Shown: positions 35,399-46,073, counted from the first letter of the stretch. The stretch is 64,000 nucleotides of DNA from Patescibacteria group bacterium (GCA_028865305.1 JAGWKM010000001.1:34168-98167), one strand, 5' to 3'. Numbers and translations: made by a program. Notes: generated from the sequence alone by a model not told the origin.

Positions 35399-37930
35399 AT
35401 GATGAACGGCATTACCTTTAACGATCCAAGATTGAAGATGACCATCGGTGGCCGGTTTTTGGTCCGCGTCGTGAGCTACGTCGCTTACCTGTTCCTGTTT
35501 GCGGCAACTTTTACCCTGCTCATCTCGACCTCCGCGCGTCTGCAATTTTTAGGCTTATTTTTCCTGCTCGTAATCATTGACCTTGCGGTGCATCGGAGAG
35601 AGGGGGATGTTCCCATTGCGGAATTGCCGATAGCGAACGGCAAATTGCCGGCGATGCCGGTCAATGCCGCAAAGGCGATGCTGCCGACGTCATTTTCCAT
35701 TATTGAACGCGCTTTCGATCGGGCTCTCATGGCGCATCATGATTTTTATCCGGAGGTCGCGGGCCGTTTGGCTGACTTGCCGGAAATCGGAGAAGGTCTG
35801 CGGCGCCTGGATGCGGATCCGAAAGAATTCAGGGAGAAAGCGGAGGAAATGATGGAAGAGGGCGGAAAGCTTCCGGCATCCGATGTCCATCGGTCGCCGG
35901 ATGCCGTGCGCCGCCAAGCCGAAGCGATTGCGATTGCCGCTTTTGAGGTTGCCGTCCAAGGAGGCCATAATTTCGTGAAGCCGAGCGATCTGTTTTCGGC
36001 GCTGCTCCAGGTTCGCGATGAAACTATCGATCGCCTTTTCAATTTTTTTAATATCGAACAGGGCGATTTGGAGCGTGCTTTGATTTTGAGCTCCGCGGCG
36101 GCGCGCGCCCGCAAGCGTCTGCCGGATGCGCTTGGCGGTTTCCGTTTTGAAACGCATCGTACCGTCCGGCACCGGATCATGAACCGCGCCTGGACCTCGC
36201 GGCCGACGCCCGTGCTCGACCGCTATGGCGATGATTTGACCGATCTTGCGCGCGGCGCGGAAATCGGTTTTTTGATCGGCCACGAACAGGAATATGAAAA
36301 GTTGGTTGAAACCCTGGGCCGGCCGGTGAATCCGAACGCGCTCCTCGTCGGCGAACCGGGCATCGGCAAGGAGACGCTGGTGCAGCACTTGGCGGCGCAG
36401 CTCACCAAGGACCGGGTGCCGCGCGCGCTCTTCGATAAACGGTTGGTTTCGCTTCGGCTGCAGGATCTCGTGGCCGGCGCAACGCCCGACGAATTGCATT
36501 TGCGCCTGAAGCGGATCGTGGACGAGATCCGGATGGCGGGCAATGTCATCATTTATATTCCCGACATCCATAACCTGGTTCGGACCTCCGGCACGGCGTT
36601 CATGTCGGCAGCGGATGCTTTGATGCCGGTCATCATGGATAATGTTTTTCCGATTGTCGGCACGACCTATCCGCGGGAATTCAAGCAGCTCATGGAACCG
36701 CGGAGCGATTTTCTGGGCGCTTTTGAAGTCATTCCGGTGGACGAGGTAAGCCCGGCGGATGCGGAAAAAATCCTTGCTTATGGCAGTTTGCTTTTGGAGC
36801 ATGAGTCGCGCATCGTCGTGAGCTTCGGCGCCATCAAGCGCGCCGTGGTTTTAGCCAAAAAATATTTCCATGACCGGTTTTTGCCTTCGAGCGCGGAGGA
36901 ATTATTGAAAGCGGCTCTGATTTCCGCGGAGCAGCGTGGTGAAAAAACGCTCGGGCCGGATCGCGTGACGGCCGTGGCGGAGGCGAAAACGCATATTCCG
37001 CTGCACGAGGCGGCCGGAGCTGAGGCGGAGCGGTTGCTCCACATGGAAGACGTAATCCACGAACGGTTAATCGGCCAGGACGAGGCGGTGCGGGCGGTTT
37101 CGCAGGCGCTCCGCGAATACCGGAGCGGGTTGGCGCGCGCCGGCGGACCGATCGCGAGTTTTCTCTTTGTCGGCCCGACCGGCGTCGGGAAAACTGAGCT
37201 TGCAAAAACCCTGGCAAAGATCCAGTTTGGTTCAGAAAAGATGATGGTCCGGTTCGACATGACGGAATATCAGGACAAGCAAAGCTTCTTCCGGTTCATT
37301 GGTTCTCCCGACGGCCAGACGGACGGCGCGCTCACCGAGGCCGTTCGCGCGAAACCGTACAGCTTGATCCTGCTCGATGAATTTGAAAAAGCGCATCCGG
37401 ATATTTTGAACCTGTTCCTCCAGGTTTTCGACGACGGCCGGTTAACGGACAACCTCAGCCGGACCGTGGATTTTACGAACACCATCATCATTGCCACTTC
37501 GAACGCCCATTCGGACATCATCAATGAAGCGCTCGGGAAAGGCGAGACCATGGAGCAGATCGGGGAATACCTTAAGGCGCGGCTTACGGACGTCTTCAAG
37601 CCGGAATTGCTGAACCGGTTTTCGAAGATCATCGTGTTCCGGAATCTGAAACCGGACGAGCTTGGGAAGATCGTTGTTTTGAATTTGGACGAATTGGCGG
37701 AAACCGTGAAGGGGCAGGGAATTTATTTGGAATATGATCCGGCGGCCGTGCAGCTTCTCGCGAAACTCGGCTATGACCCGGCGTTCGGCGCGCGGCCGCT
37801 GCGAAGGGTCATTGAAGAGAAAATCCGCGCGCCTTTGGCAGAAGCAATTTTGGCAAGGAAAGTGGAGAAGGGGAGGAAGCTGAAATTGGTCGTTCGGGAA
37901 CCTGACGATTTCGATTTCGTATCAGCTTGA
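35399..37930 (+). CDS. membrane-anchored ClpA/B/C-family AAA+ ATPase
   Basis: 2 TM; GEPGIGK; GPTGVGKTE, LLDEFEKAH, DDGRLTD, FGARPLRR. Confidence 0.93.
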   Translation: MMNGITFNDPRLKMTIGGRFLVRVVSYVAYLFLFAATFTLLISTSARLQFLGLFFLLVIIDLAVHRREGDVPIAELPIANGKLPAMPVNAAKAMLPTSFSIIERAFDRALMAHHDFYPEVAGRLADLPEIGEGLRRLDADPKEFREKAEEMMEEGGKLPASDVHRSPDAVRRQAEAIAIAAFEVAVQGGHNFVKPSDLFSALLQVRDETIDRLFNFFNIEQGDLERALILSSAAARARKRLPDALGGFRFETHRTVRHRIMNRAWTSRPTPVLDRYGDDLTDLARGAEIGFLIGHEQEYEKLVETLGRPVNPNALLVGEPGIGKETLVQHLAAQLTKDRVPRALFDKRLVSLRLQDLVAGATPDELHLRLKRIVDEIRMAGNVIIYIPDIHNLVRTSGTAFMSAADALMPVIMDNVFPIVGTTYPREFKQLMEPRSDFLGAFEVIPVDEVSPADAEKILAYGSLLLEHESRIVVSFGAIKRAVVLAKKYFHDRFLPSSAEELLKAALISAEQRGEKTLGPDRVTAVAEAKTHIPLHEAAGAEAERLLHMEDVIHERLIGQDEAVRAVSQALREYRSGLARAGGPIASFLFVGPTGVGKTELAKTLAKIQFGSEKMMVRFDMTEYQDKQSFFRFIGSPDGQTDGALTEAVRAKPYSLILLDEFEKAHPDILNLFLQVFDDGRLTDNLSRTVDFTNTIIIATSNAHSDIINEALGKGETMEQIGEYLKARLTDVFKPELLNRFSKIIVFRNLKPDELGKIVVLNLDELAETVKGQGIYLEYDPAAVQLLAKLGYDPAFGARPLRRVIEEKIRAPLAEAILARKVEKGRKLKLVVREPDDFDFVSA

Positions 37931-38093
37931 TAGAGCGCTTTGCAATGGCCTGATTTCACGGACAAAAATTTGGCTGCTTTTTTGTTGATTTCCCCAATCC
38001 GGCAAAATCTCACGATCGAGAGATTTTATCGTTAAACCCGGCTGGAATCCGGTCCGGAGGCCGGGGTGGCGGGAAAACTGCTATACTTAAATT

Positions 38094-38747
38094 GTGAAAA
38101 TTAAGATTAACATCGACATCAAAGTCGGGCGGATCGTGAAATATTTCGTGCTTTCCGACCTGTTTTTACTGGCTGGCTGGGGCTTCATTGATCCCATTTT
38201 TTCGGTTTTCATCGTGGAAAAAGTGGTCGGGGCGACGCTTGCGACCGTGGGTATGGTTGCGGGGATTTATTGGATCCTGAAATCGATCCTCCAGATTCCA
38301 ATCGCAAATGCGCTTGACCAACGATCGGGAGAAAAGGACGATTTCATCGCGCTTATTGCCGGGTTGGTCCTCGCCGGCATTTCCGCGATTGCGTTTGCCT
38401 GGGTGAGGCAGGTTTGGCAGCTTTATTTTGTCCAAGCGGTCCATGCCATCGGATTCGCGCTTTATGTCCCTTCGTGGTCGGCGATTTTTTCACGGCATCT
38501 CGACAAAGATCGCGTGTCATTCGATTGGTCGCTCGATAGTACAGTTTCCGGGTTTTCCGCCGGCTTCATGGGGTTGCTCGGCGGCATCGCGGCGGCCGTG
38601 CTTGGATTCCCGGCGGTATTCATTATGGCGGGAATGTTGTCTCTCGCGGCCGCGGTGATCATTATGGCAGTGCCGGACGTGGCGTTGCCGAAGCCGGTCG
38701 CGAGGACTGTTGAGGAGGAAAAGACGCCGGCGAATCTTGGAGTATAG
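38094..38747 (+). CDS. half-size MFS transporter-like protein
   Basis: six hydrophobic segments, MFS motif-A-like ANALDQRSGEK. Confidence 0.75.
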   Translation: MKIKINIDIKVGRIVKYFVLSDLFLLAGWGFIDPIFSVFIVEKVVGATLATVGMVAGIYWILKSILQIPIANALDQRSGEKDDFIALIAGLVLAGISAIAFAWVRQVWQLYFVQAVHAIGFALYVPSWSAIFSRHLDKDRVSFDWSLDSTVSGFSAGFMGLLGGIAAAVLGFPAVFIMAGMLSLAAAVIIMAVPDVALPKPVARTVEEEKTPANLGV

Positions 38748-38756
38748 CGCAGCTGC

Positions 38757-38898
38757 ATTAAATTTTTATTAAATCAACGAGATTAGATTCGACGATCGTC
38801 GGATCTAATCCTGCATCAATGAACCGATAATTTGATTTAAAAAAAATTTCTTGAAAACTGATCGAAAATTGCAAATTGAAAAAACTGAAGCCTGAAAA
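38757..38898. repeat. composite palindrome element (GATTAGATTCGACGATCGTCGGATCTAATC) plus TTGAAAA array
   Basis: palindrome 38781-38810 and ATTAAATTTTTATTAAAT flank match 26826-26881. Confidence 0.88.
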
Positions 38899-38899
38899 T

Positions 38900-40666
38900 A
38901 TGCAAACCATTTCGAACCAACAAATTGCAGAAATGCTCCGCGAGATCGGAGAATACCTTGCCATGCAAAACATTCCCTTCAAGCCGCGCGCTTTCGAGAA
39001 GGCGGCTTTGACCATTGAAGGGTTGGAGGAGGAGGTCTCGGAAATTTATAAAAAGGGCGGCGGCGGGAAGGACGGGCTGAAGGCGCTGAAAGAAATTCCC
39101 GGCGTTGGCGCTTCCATCGCCGCTTCTATCGAGGAAGCTATCAACACCGGCAAGATGAAGGATTTGGAGCGGCTGCGCAAAAGTACGCCAGTCCGGCTCG
39201 ATGAGCTTTCGCGTATCGAAGGGCTGGGGCCGAAGTCGGTGCAGAAGTTATACAAGGCATTGAGTATTAGGAATTTGAAGGATCTGGAGAAAGCGGCGAG
39301 GGCGGGAAAAATCGCGGCGCTTCCCGGTTTCGGCAAAAAGACCGAAGAAAACATCTTGAAGAGTATCGGCTTCGCGGCGACGAGCGGCCAGCGGTTTTTC
39401 ATCGGGCACATCATGCCGCAGATCCGCCGGATCGAGGAGCGATTGAGATTATTGCCGGAATCAAAAATGGTCACGATTGCCGGTTCAGCGCGGCGTTGGA
39501 AGGAAACGGTCGGCGATGCGGATATCCTGGTGGTTTCCCAAAAACCGGCGCCGATCATGCGGCAATTCGTCAGCATGCCGGAAGTGGTCCGGGTTATCGC
39601 GCATGGCGATACGAAATCTTCCGTCAAGGTGCGCGGCGGATTGAATGTTGACCTGCGCGTGGTTCCGGAGGAATCTTACGGCGCGGCCTTGGCTTATTTC
39701 ACCGGTTCAAAAGATCATAATGTGGCGATGCGGCAAACCGCGATCAAACGGGGATGGAAACTGAACGAATACGGATTATTCAAAGCGACGAGCGAAAAGG
39801 GGAGGGCGATCGGCAAAGAGAAGATGATCGCCGGGCGAACCGAGGCGGAATTGTACGAGACGTTCGGTATGGATTACATCGAGCCGGAACTGCGCGAGAA
39901 TACGGGCGAACTGGAAGCGGCGCGCAGGCATGCCCTGCCGAAACTCGTCGGTTATGGCGATTTGCAGGGCGATTTGCAGGTGCAGACCGATTGGACCGAC
40001 GGTTCCGATTCCATCGAGAGCATGGCGAGGGTGGCCATGGCGCGCGGACTGAAATATATCGCGATCACCGATCATACGAAGCGGCTTGCGATGGCGAATG
40101 GTTTGGATGAGAAGCGGATCCTGAAACAGATGGCCGAGATCGATAAGCTCAATAAAAAATTCGCCGGCAAGATAAAAATCCTGAAAGGGAGCGAGTGCGA
40201 TATTTTAAAGGACGGCACGCTCGACCTGCCGGATTCCGTTCTGTCAAAACTTGACGTCGTTGGCGCGTCGGTGCATTCGTTTTTCAACCTGCCGCGGACG
40301 GAACAGACCAAGCGGATTGCGCGCGCGATGGAAAACCCGAACGTGGATATTCTTTTCCATCCGACGGGGCGCATCGTGAATAAGCGGGCGCCGTACGATG
40401 TTGATGTTGAGGAATTGATTAGGGCAGCGAAACGGACCGGCACCATTATGGAAATCGATGCCCTTGAGCGATTGGATTTGAAGGATGAATATATCCGCAA
40501 ATGCGTCGAAGCCGGCGTGCGGATGTCCATCGATTCCGACGCGCATTCGCCGAGCCATTACAGTTCGATTGAATATGGCATAGCGCAAGCGAGAAGAGGA
40601 TGGGCGGAGAAAAAAGATATCATCAATTCCTGGCCGGTAGAGAAAATGCTGAAGAGTTTGAAATAA
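38900..40666 (+). CDS. polX: DNA polymerase X with PHP domain
   Basis: AGSARR..ETVGDAD, VDLR, YFTGSK.HN, TDH, DSDAH. Confidence 0.95.
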   Translation: MQTISNQQIAEMLREIGEYLAMQNIPFKPRAFEKAALTIEGLEEEVSEIYKKGGGGKDGLKALKEIPGVGASIAASIEEAINTGKMKDLERLRKSTPVRLDELSRIEGLGPKSVQKLYKALSIRNLKDLEKAARAGKIAALPGFGKKTEENILKSIGFAATSGQRFFIGHIMPQIRRIEERLRLLPESKMVTIAGSARRWKETVGDADILVVSQKPAPIMRQFVSMPEVVRVIAHGDTKSSVKVRGGLNVDLRVVPEESYGAALAYFTGSKDHNVAMRQTAIKRGWKLNEYGLFKATSEKGRAIGKEKMIAGRTEAELYETFGMDYIEPELRENTGELEAARRHALPKLVGYGDLQGDLQVQTDWTDGSDSIESMARVAMARGLKYIAITDHTKRLAMANGLDEKRILKQMAEIDKLNKKFAGKIKILKGSECDILKDGTLDLPDSVLSKLDVVGASVHSFFNLPRTEQTKRIARAMENPNVDILFHPTGRIVNKRAPYDVDVEELIRAAKRTGTIMEIDALERLDLKDEYIRKCVEAGVRMSIDSDAHSPSHYSSIEYGIAQARRGWAEKKDIINSWPVEKMLKSLK

Positions 40667-40898
40667 ATTTTTGTTATCCTGGGCACTGGCCCGGAGCCGC
40701 GCTTGGAAGATTTAATCAAATTTTAATAATTTGAAAATTGCGCCCCCGTTTAAATTGTATCGCATAAGAGTTAAATTTTTTATAAATAATTTCTAAACAA
40801 AAGTTCATTAAATTATGTTAAACGCTCGGTTTCTGATTGGCAGTGTTCCGGTTTTAAAACGCCGGCTTATTTCAACTGCTACATGATATAATTTTCTT

Positions 40899-41267
40899 AT
40901 GCACTGGATTTTAAAAGCTCTTTTGACCGTCCTTGGCAATGCTTTTGCGCTCTGGCTCGCCAATCTTTTCATTCCGGGCTTCGTGGTGCAGGCGACTGTA
41001 CTGCAGCTTTTGCTGGTTGCCCTTGTTCTCGCGCTTTTGAACTGGGTTTTGAAACCGATTTTGACGCTTCTCTTCGGGCCGCTTATCATCTTGACGCTCG
41101 GCATCGGCGTCCTCATCGTGAATGCGGTTATTTTGCTTTTGCTGCCGTGGTTGACGAATCACATTGACTTTTTGAGGGAAAGCGTTAATATTCAGAACAT
41201 TCCGGCACTGATATTAGCTACGGTGCTGGTCAGCATCGTAAATCTGATGGTGCATGTGATCGAGTGA
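40899..41267 (+). CDS. 4-TM phage-holin-family (YvlD-like) membrane protein
   Basis: LLNWVLKPIL...PLIILTLG. Confidence 0.85.
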   Translation: MHWILKALLTVLGNAFALWLANLFIPGFVVQATVLQLLLVALVLALLNWVLKPILTLLFGPLIILTLGIGVLIVNAVILLLLPWLTNHIDFLRESVNIQNIPALILATVLVSIVNLMVHVIE

Positions 41268-41346
41268 TGGAATTCGGGGGGTGGTGGAAGCTGAAAAATC
41301 CATTCCATTCTCCATTCTCCAGTTTCCAGCTTCCTTTATTACAACA

Positions 41347-41556
41347 ATGGCCATAATCCAAATTATCCTTGCGGTTATCATCGTCGCGCTCATCCTGCTC
41401 CAGGAGCGTTCTTCCGGCATGTCCGGGCTTTTCGGCGGTTCGGGCGAGGGTTTTTACCAGGCGCGGCGCGGGATGGAAAAAATCATCTTTTATGCGACGA
41501 TCGGGTTGTCGGTTTTGTTCGTGGTGCTCGCGGTGTGGCAGCTTGTGGCACATTAG
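41347..41556 (+). CDS. secG: preprotein translocase subunit SecG
   Basis: LILLQERSSGMSGLFGG...RRGMEK. Confidence 0.92.
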   Translation: MAIIQIILAVIIVALILLQERSSGMSGLFGGSGEGFYQARRGMEKIIFYATIGLSVLFVVLAVWQLVAH

Positions 41557-41667
41557 GAATTTTCAATTTCGATTTCCGATCTCCGGAACCATTTCCAATA
41601 TTTCGTCTTCGCCGTTCGCAATGGCTTGAAAATGATGATTGAAAATCGGAATTGAAAACTGCTCCCC

Positions 41668-43329
41668 ATGTCCTTTCTCAAAAAAATTTATCTTGCCTTC
41701 ACGAAACCGGAGCGTACCTCTTTCCTGGTTTCTTCCGCGATTGCGCTCGCCAGTTTAATTGTCCTTGCGAGCATTTTTTTTATCCAGACAACCAAAGCGG
41801 TGCCTGCGGCCGGCGGCGAGTTCACGGAGGGCGCGCTCGGACAGCCTGAACAGGTAAATCCGGTGACGGCAACGGCCCGAGTGGATTTAGATTTGGTGAA
41901 ACTGATCTACAGCAATGTTTATGACATTGCGGACAGCATTGATGCGACGTCGAGCGGCAGAATTTGGACGGTGCGGCTCAAGGAAAATCTCCATTGGCAG
42001 GATGGGCAGAAGCTGACGAGCGATGACGTCATTTTTACGGTGCAGTCGATCCAGAACCCCGATGCCCGTTCGCCGCAGCTTGCCGATTGGCAGGGTGTGG
42101 CCGTGAGCCGCGTGAGCGAGCTTGAAGTGCAATTCACGCTGCCCGGGCCGTATGCATTTTTCGGCGATAACCTGAAAAATCTGTATATCTTGCCGAAGCA
42201 CCTGTTTGCCGACGCCGCACCCGGCAACTGGCGGCTTTCGGAATACGACCTGAAGCCGGTCGGCAGCGGCCCCTACCAATTTGTTTCTTATGACCGTACG
42301 TCGGATGGATTTATTTCGGGTTACCACTTGGCGGCGTGGGGCGGATCGTTCGCCGTGCAGCCATTGATCCAGAATTTCGATTTTTCGTTTTTCCGCAACG
42401 AGAACGATTTGGCGCAAGGCTTCAATGCCGGGCAGATTGACGGATTCGCGCCGCAAATGCCCGGCGACCTCGCCGCCATTACCCGGCCGTATAATTTGTT
42501 TTCCTGGCGTACGCCGGGGTATTATGCCGTTTTTTGGAACCAAGGCAATAATGCCGCATTGCAGGACCCGAGCGTGCGGGAAGCGCTTGCGATGGCTGTG
42601 GACCGGGACGCGTTGATCAGCCAGCTCGGTGCGGGAAACAGGCAGGGGACATGGTATGTGCCTGATGACGGCCCGATTCCGCCCGGCGCGGCATTTTATT
42701 CCGCTCCCCAAATTTCATCTTCCGGCATCGACCTTGCTTCATCGACGCTCGATTCGGCTGGATGGAAAATGGGATCCGACGGCATCCGTGCGAAAACAAT
42801 CCGGAAAACGAGCGTTCCTTTGTCCATCACTTTAGTAGTGCCCCAGATCGATTTCCTGGTCCGGACGGCAAACTATTTGCAAACGGTTTGGCGACAGCTT
42901 GGGGTTCAGGTGACCATAACGCCGGATTCTCCCGATTCGATTGATGCTGATTATATCGAAAATCGGAGCTATCAGGCGCTCCTTTTCGGGAATATCCTGG
43001 GGCCGAGCTCTGACCTTTACGCATTTTGGGATTCTTCGCAGCGGTTTTCGCCGGGACTGAACCTTGCGGTCTACGGCAACCCGAAAGCGGATGCCCTCAT
43101 TGAATCCGCGCGGCAGACGCTCAATAATGCTTCGCAGACGCAGGAATTGGCGGCGGCCGAACAGGCCATCATAAATGACGCGCCGGCCCTCTTCCTTTTT
43201 TCGCCGAACGACCTTTATGCGGTAAACAAAACCATTCAGGGTATCGCGCCGGCCATCCTTTCCGATCCGTCAGACCGGTTCCGCGAAGTGCCAAGTTGGT
43301 ATTTGGAGACGGCGAGAGTGTTGAAATGA
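41668..43329 (+). CDS. ABC peptide/nickel substrate-binding protein (family 5)
   Basis: WQDGQKLTSDDVIFT, PVGSGPY, VREAL..AVDR. Confidence 0.92.
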   Translation: MSFLKKIYLAFTKPERTSFLVSSAIALASLIVLASIFFIQTTKAVPAAGGEFTEGALGQPEQVNPVTATARVDLDLVKLIYSNVYDIADSIDATSSGRIWTVRLKENLHWQDGQKLTSDDVIFTVQSIQNPDARSPQLADWQGVAVSRVSELEVQFTLPGPYAFFGDNLKNLYILPKHLFADAAPGNWRLSEYDLKPVGSGPYQFVSYDRTSDGFISGYHLAAWGGSFAVQPLIQNFDFSFFRNENDLAQGFNAGQIDGFAPQMPGDLAAITRPYNLFSWRTPGYYAVFWNQGNNAALQDPSVREALAMAVDRDALISQLGAGNRQGTWYVPDDGPIPPGAAFYSAPQISSSGIDLASSTLDSAGWKMGSDGIRAKTIRKTSVPLSITLVVPQIDFLVRTANYLQTVWRQLGVQVTITPDSPDSIDADYIENRSYQALLFGNILGPSSDLYAFWDSSQRFSPGLNLAVYGNPKADALIESARQTLNNASQTQELAAAEQAIINDAPALFLFSPNDLYAVNKTIQGIAPAILSDPSDRFREVPSWYLETARVLK

Positions 43330-43375
43330 CTTCACGGGAATACTATTCGATTTAAGCACGGACAAAAAAGCCGCT

Positions 43376-43744
43376 TCAAGGATGAAGTGGCTGACGGCCA
43401 TCATGGAAGTACTTATACAGGAACCATAGGCAATACCAAGGACTCGAGGCAACGAACCAAGAGCCTACTGCAATAAACATGCCGGGACATATGGGAACGA
43501 AAAGAATTATATTCAAATAGATTAGATACCAAAGCCAGTCAAGCGAAGGCACGTGTATGGCGAGTGGTATCATGATCAGTCCGATCAACCCGAAATAGGT
43601 CCAAACTCCTTCTCTGCCACGACTTCCCTCTTCGCCTTCGTGGCCGAAAACAAAACGGTGAAGAGGGCGGTGAATGAAAAGATAAACAAAGAGCGAAAAT
43701 CCCCCATACCACATAATCATCACGGCCACGCTTTTAGTTTGCAT
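43376..43744 (-). CDS. hypothetical membrane protein
   Basis: hydrophobic, aromatic-rich ORF. Confidence 0.55.
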   Translation of the reverse strand: MQTKSVAVMIMWYGGFSLFVYLFIHRPLHRFVFGHEGEEGSRGREGVWTYFGLIGLIMIPLAIHVPSLDWLWYLIYLNIILFVPICPGMFIAVGSWFVASSPWYCLWFLYKYFHDGRQPLHP

Positions 43745-43877
43745 GCGGCACCTCTGATCAGATATTAGATCTTCTACCGGGTAGCCGTCAACAGGATTTG
43801 ACTTTATTGCTCAATCCATGCTATGCTGTAATTTCTTTGAATATTGATTGATTTCGAATTAAAAAAGTTCCATATGC

Positions 43878-43961
43878 GCCGAGGTGGCGGAATTGGCAGA
43901 CGCACTGGCTTCAGGTGCCAGCGATCGCAAGATCATAAGGGTTCAAATCCCTTCCTCGGCA
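43878..43961 (+). tRNA. tRNA-Leu(CAG)
   Basis: GCCGAGG/CCTCGGC, CTGGC-TT CAG GT-GCCAG, long variable arm, GTTCAAATC; promoter TTGACT..TATGCT upstream. Confidence 0.96.
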
Positions 43962-43982
43962 CTAAAATAAAATAAAAAATGA

Positions 43983-44108
43983 GCCGAGGAAGGGGTTCGA
44001 AGCGCGGAGGGGGCCGGGGAACCGCGGACGGTTCCCTGCCTGCCGGCAGGCAGGTTTCCAAAAAATTTCGTAAAACGAAATTTTGTTCAAATCCTTTCCT
44101 CGGCACTC
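43983..44108. repeat. tRNA-linked element with inverted and direct copies of the tRNA-Leu 3' end
   Basis: GCCGAGGAAGGGGTTCGAA ... GTTCAAATCCTTTCCTCGGCACT. Confidence 0.88.
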
Positions 44109-44130
44109 ATTAAATAAAAATTAAATAATT

Positions 44131-46056
44131 ATGATTAAAAAATCAGAATCGAAAGAGCTGATGGAAAATTCAGCGCATGGCCTGCACAGCTTCAGCGGAA
44201 CAGGCAAAACTACCGCTCCTTCCCGGCCGCGGATACAACCGCCGGCCATTCGGCCGCGCCCCGCGCGCCCCGCGGTTTCTCCGATAAAAACCGGCGGCCG
44301 CCGGCCGGCGCGATCGACGGCTCCCCGCTCGCCGCGGACGGCATCCTTGCCCCGCTTGGTCCGCGAAATGCATCCGGCCCAGGGGAGCGGCGCCGAGTCG
44401 CTTCGTTTCGTACCGCTCGGCGGATTGGAGGAGGTCGGCCGGAACTGCATGTTTCTTGAATACAAAAATGAGATTGTCCTCATCGACGTCGGTTTGCAGT
44501 TTCCTGAAGATGAAACGCCGGGCATTGATTACATCATCCCGAACGTCCAATATCTCGAAAAGAAAAAAGAACATATCGTCGGCATCGTTTTGACGCACGG
44601 CCACTATGACCACATTGGCGCCTTGCCGCACCTGCTCGACAAGCTCGGCAATCCGCCGATCTACACGACTTCGATCACGAAGGCCATCATTGAAAAACGG
44701 CAGGAGGACTTCCCGAATTCGCCGAAAATGAAAGTGCAGGTCGTGAAAAACGGCGACGAACTCAAGCTGTCGAATTATTTCGACGCGGTTTTCTTCGGGG
44801 TGCCGCATACCATTCCGGAGACGACCGGTGTTCTCATGAAAACACCGATCGGCAACGTGGTGCACTTCGCCGATTTCCGCATCGATTACAACGACGAAGG
44901 CGAGCCGCAGGGGCTCGAGGAATTTGAACGCATCGGCCGCATGGGCGTGCACAGTTTCATGATTGATAGCACGAATGCCGAGAAGCCGGGGCACTCGCTC
45001 TCGGAAAAAACCGTCGAAAAGAATCTGGAGGAGATTTTCAAAAAAGCGGAAGGCCGCATCATCGTGGCGACGTTCGCTTCGCTTCTCACCCGCATCGCGG
45101 AGATCATCAAAATTTGCGAGCGCATCGGGCGGAAAGTCGCGCTTTCCGGCTATTCGATGAAAACGAATATCCAAATCGCGCAGTCGCTCGGATTCGTTAA
45201 GGCCAAAGAAGGCACGATTATCCCGATCGAGGAAGCCGGCAAGATCCGTGACGAAAAACTGCTGATTCTTTCGACGGGAGCGCAGGGAGAGTCGAATGCG
45301 AGCTTGATGAAAATCATCACGGGCGAGCACCGGCATTTGAAGGTGAAGCCCGGCGACACGTTCGTACTTTCATCTTCAGTCATTCCGGGGAACGAAAAGA
45401 GCGTGCAGACGGTGAAAGACAATCTTGCGCGGCAGGGGGCCATCGTCTACCATTCTTCGTTCGTCGACATCCACTCATCCGGCCACGCGCCGAAGGAGGA
45501 CCTGAAGCTTGTGATGAAGCTCATCAACCCGAAGTTTTTGGTGCCGGTGCATGGCTATTATTTCATGCGCGCGGCGAACGGCTTGTCGGCACGGGAAATC
45601 GGCATTCCGAAAGAGAACATCATTTTGATGGATAACGGCGAGGTGGCGGAGCTTACGAAAGATTCGTTCAGGGTGACGGGCGAGACGGTGCCGGCGTTTT
45701 ACGTGATGGTCGACGGGCTCGGCGTCGGCGACGTTGAGGAGGTAGTGCTCCGCGACCGCCGGACGCTCGCGCAGGAGGGAATGATTGTGATTATTCTGAC
45801 GATTGACCGGAATAAGGGCGGGAAGCTGCTCAAAAATCCGGACATCATTTCGCGCGGATTCATTTACCTGAAAGAGAACCAGCAGATCATTGATGAGATG
45901 CGGAAGCGGCTGCGCGGCCTGACGGAGCGGCTGCCGAACTACCGCGAGATCGAGCCGGATTACCTGAAGACGCTGATTCGCGACCAGGTTGGGCAGTTCC
46001 TGTACAATAAGACGCGCCGCCGGCCGATGATTTTGCCGGTGATCATCGAGATATAG
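44131..46056 (+). CDS. rnj: ribonuclease J
   Basis: PLGGLEEVGRN, THGHYDHIG, TGAQGE, HSSGH, PVHG; start uncertain. Confidence 0.96.
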   Translation: MIKKSESKELMENSAHGLHSFSGTGKTTAPSRPRIQPPAIRPRPARPAVSPIKTGGRRPARSTAPRSPRTASLPRLVREMHPAQGSGAESLRFVPLGGLEEVGRNCMFLEYKNEIVLIDVGLQFPEDETPGIDYIIPNVQYLEKKKEHIVGIVLTHGHYDHIGALPHLLDKLGNPPIYTTSITKAIIEKRQEDFPNSPKMKVQVVKNGDELKLSNYFDAVFFGVPHTIPETTGVLMKTPIGNVVHFADFRIDYNDEGEPQGLEEFERIGRMGVHSFMIDSTNAEKPGHSLSEKTVEKNLEEIFKKAEGRIIVATFASLLTRIAEIIKICERIGRKVALSGYSMKTNIQIAQSLGFVKAKEGTIIPIEEAGKIRDEKLLILSTGAQGESNASLMKIITGEHRHLKVKPGDTFVLSSSVIPGNEKSVQTVKDNLARQGAIVYHSSFVDIHSSGHAPKEDLKLVMKLINPKFLVPVHGYYFMRAANGLSAREIGIPKENIILMDNGEVAELTKDSFRVTGETVPAFYVMVDGLGVGDVEEVVLRDRRTLAQEGMIVIILTIDRNKGGKLLKNPDIISRGFIYLKENQQIIDEMRKRLRGLTERLPNYREIEPDYLKTLIRDQVGQFLYNKTRRRPMILPVIIEI

Positions 46057-46073
46057 AAAGAAGGATGCAAAAT

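Noticed and set aside
40899-41267. Prophage suggested by holin-family, ORF6N and excisionase-like HTH genes
   Set aside because: Genes are scattered among housekeeping loci with no structural or integrase genes
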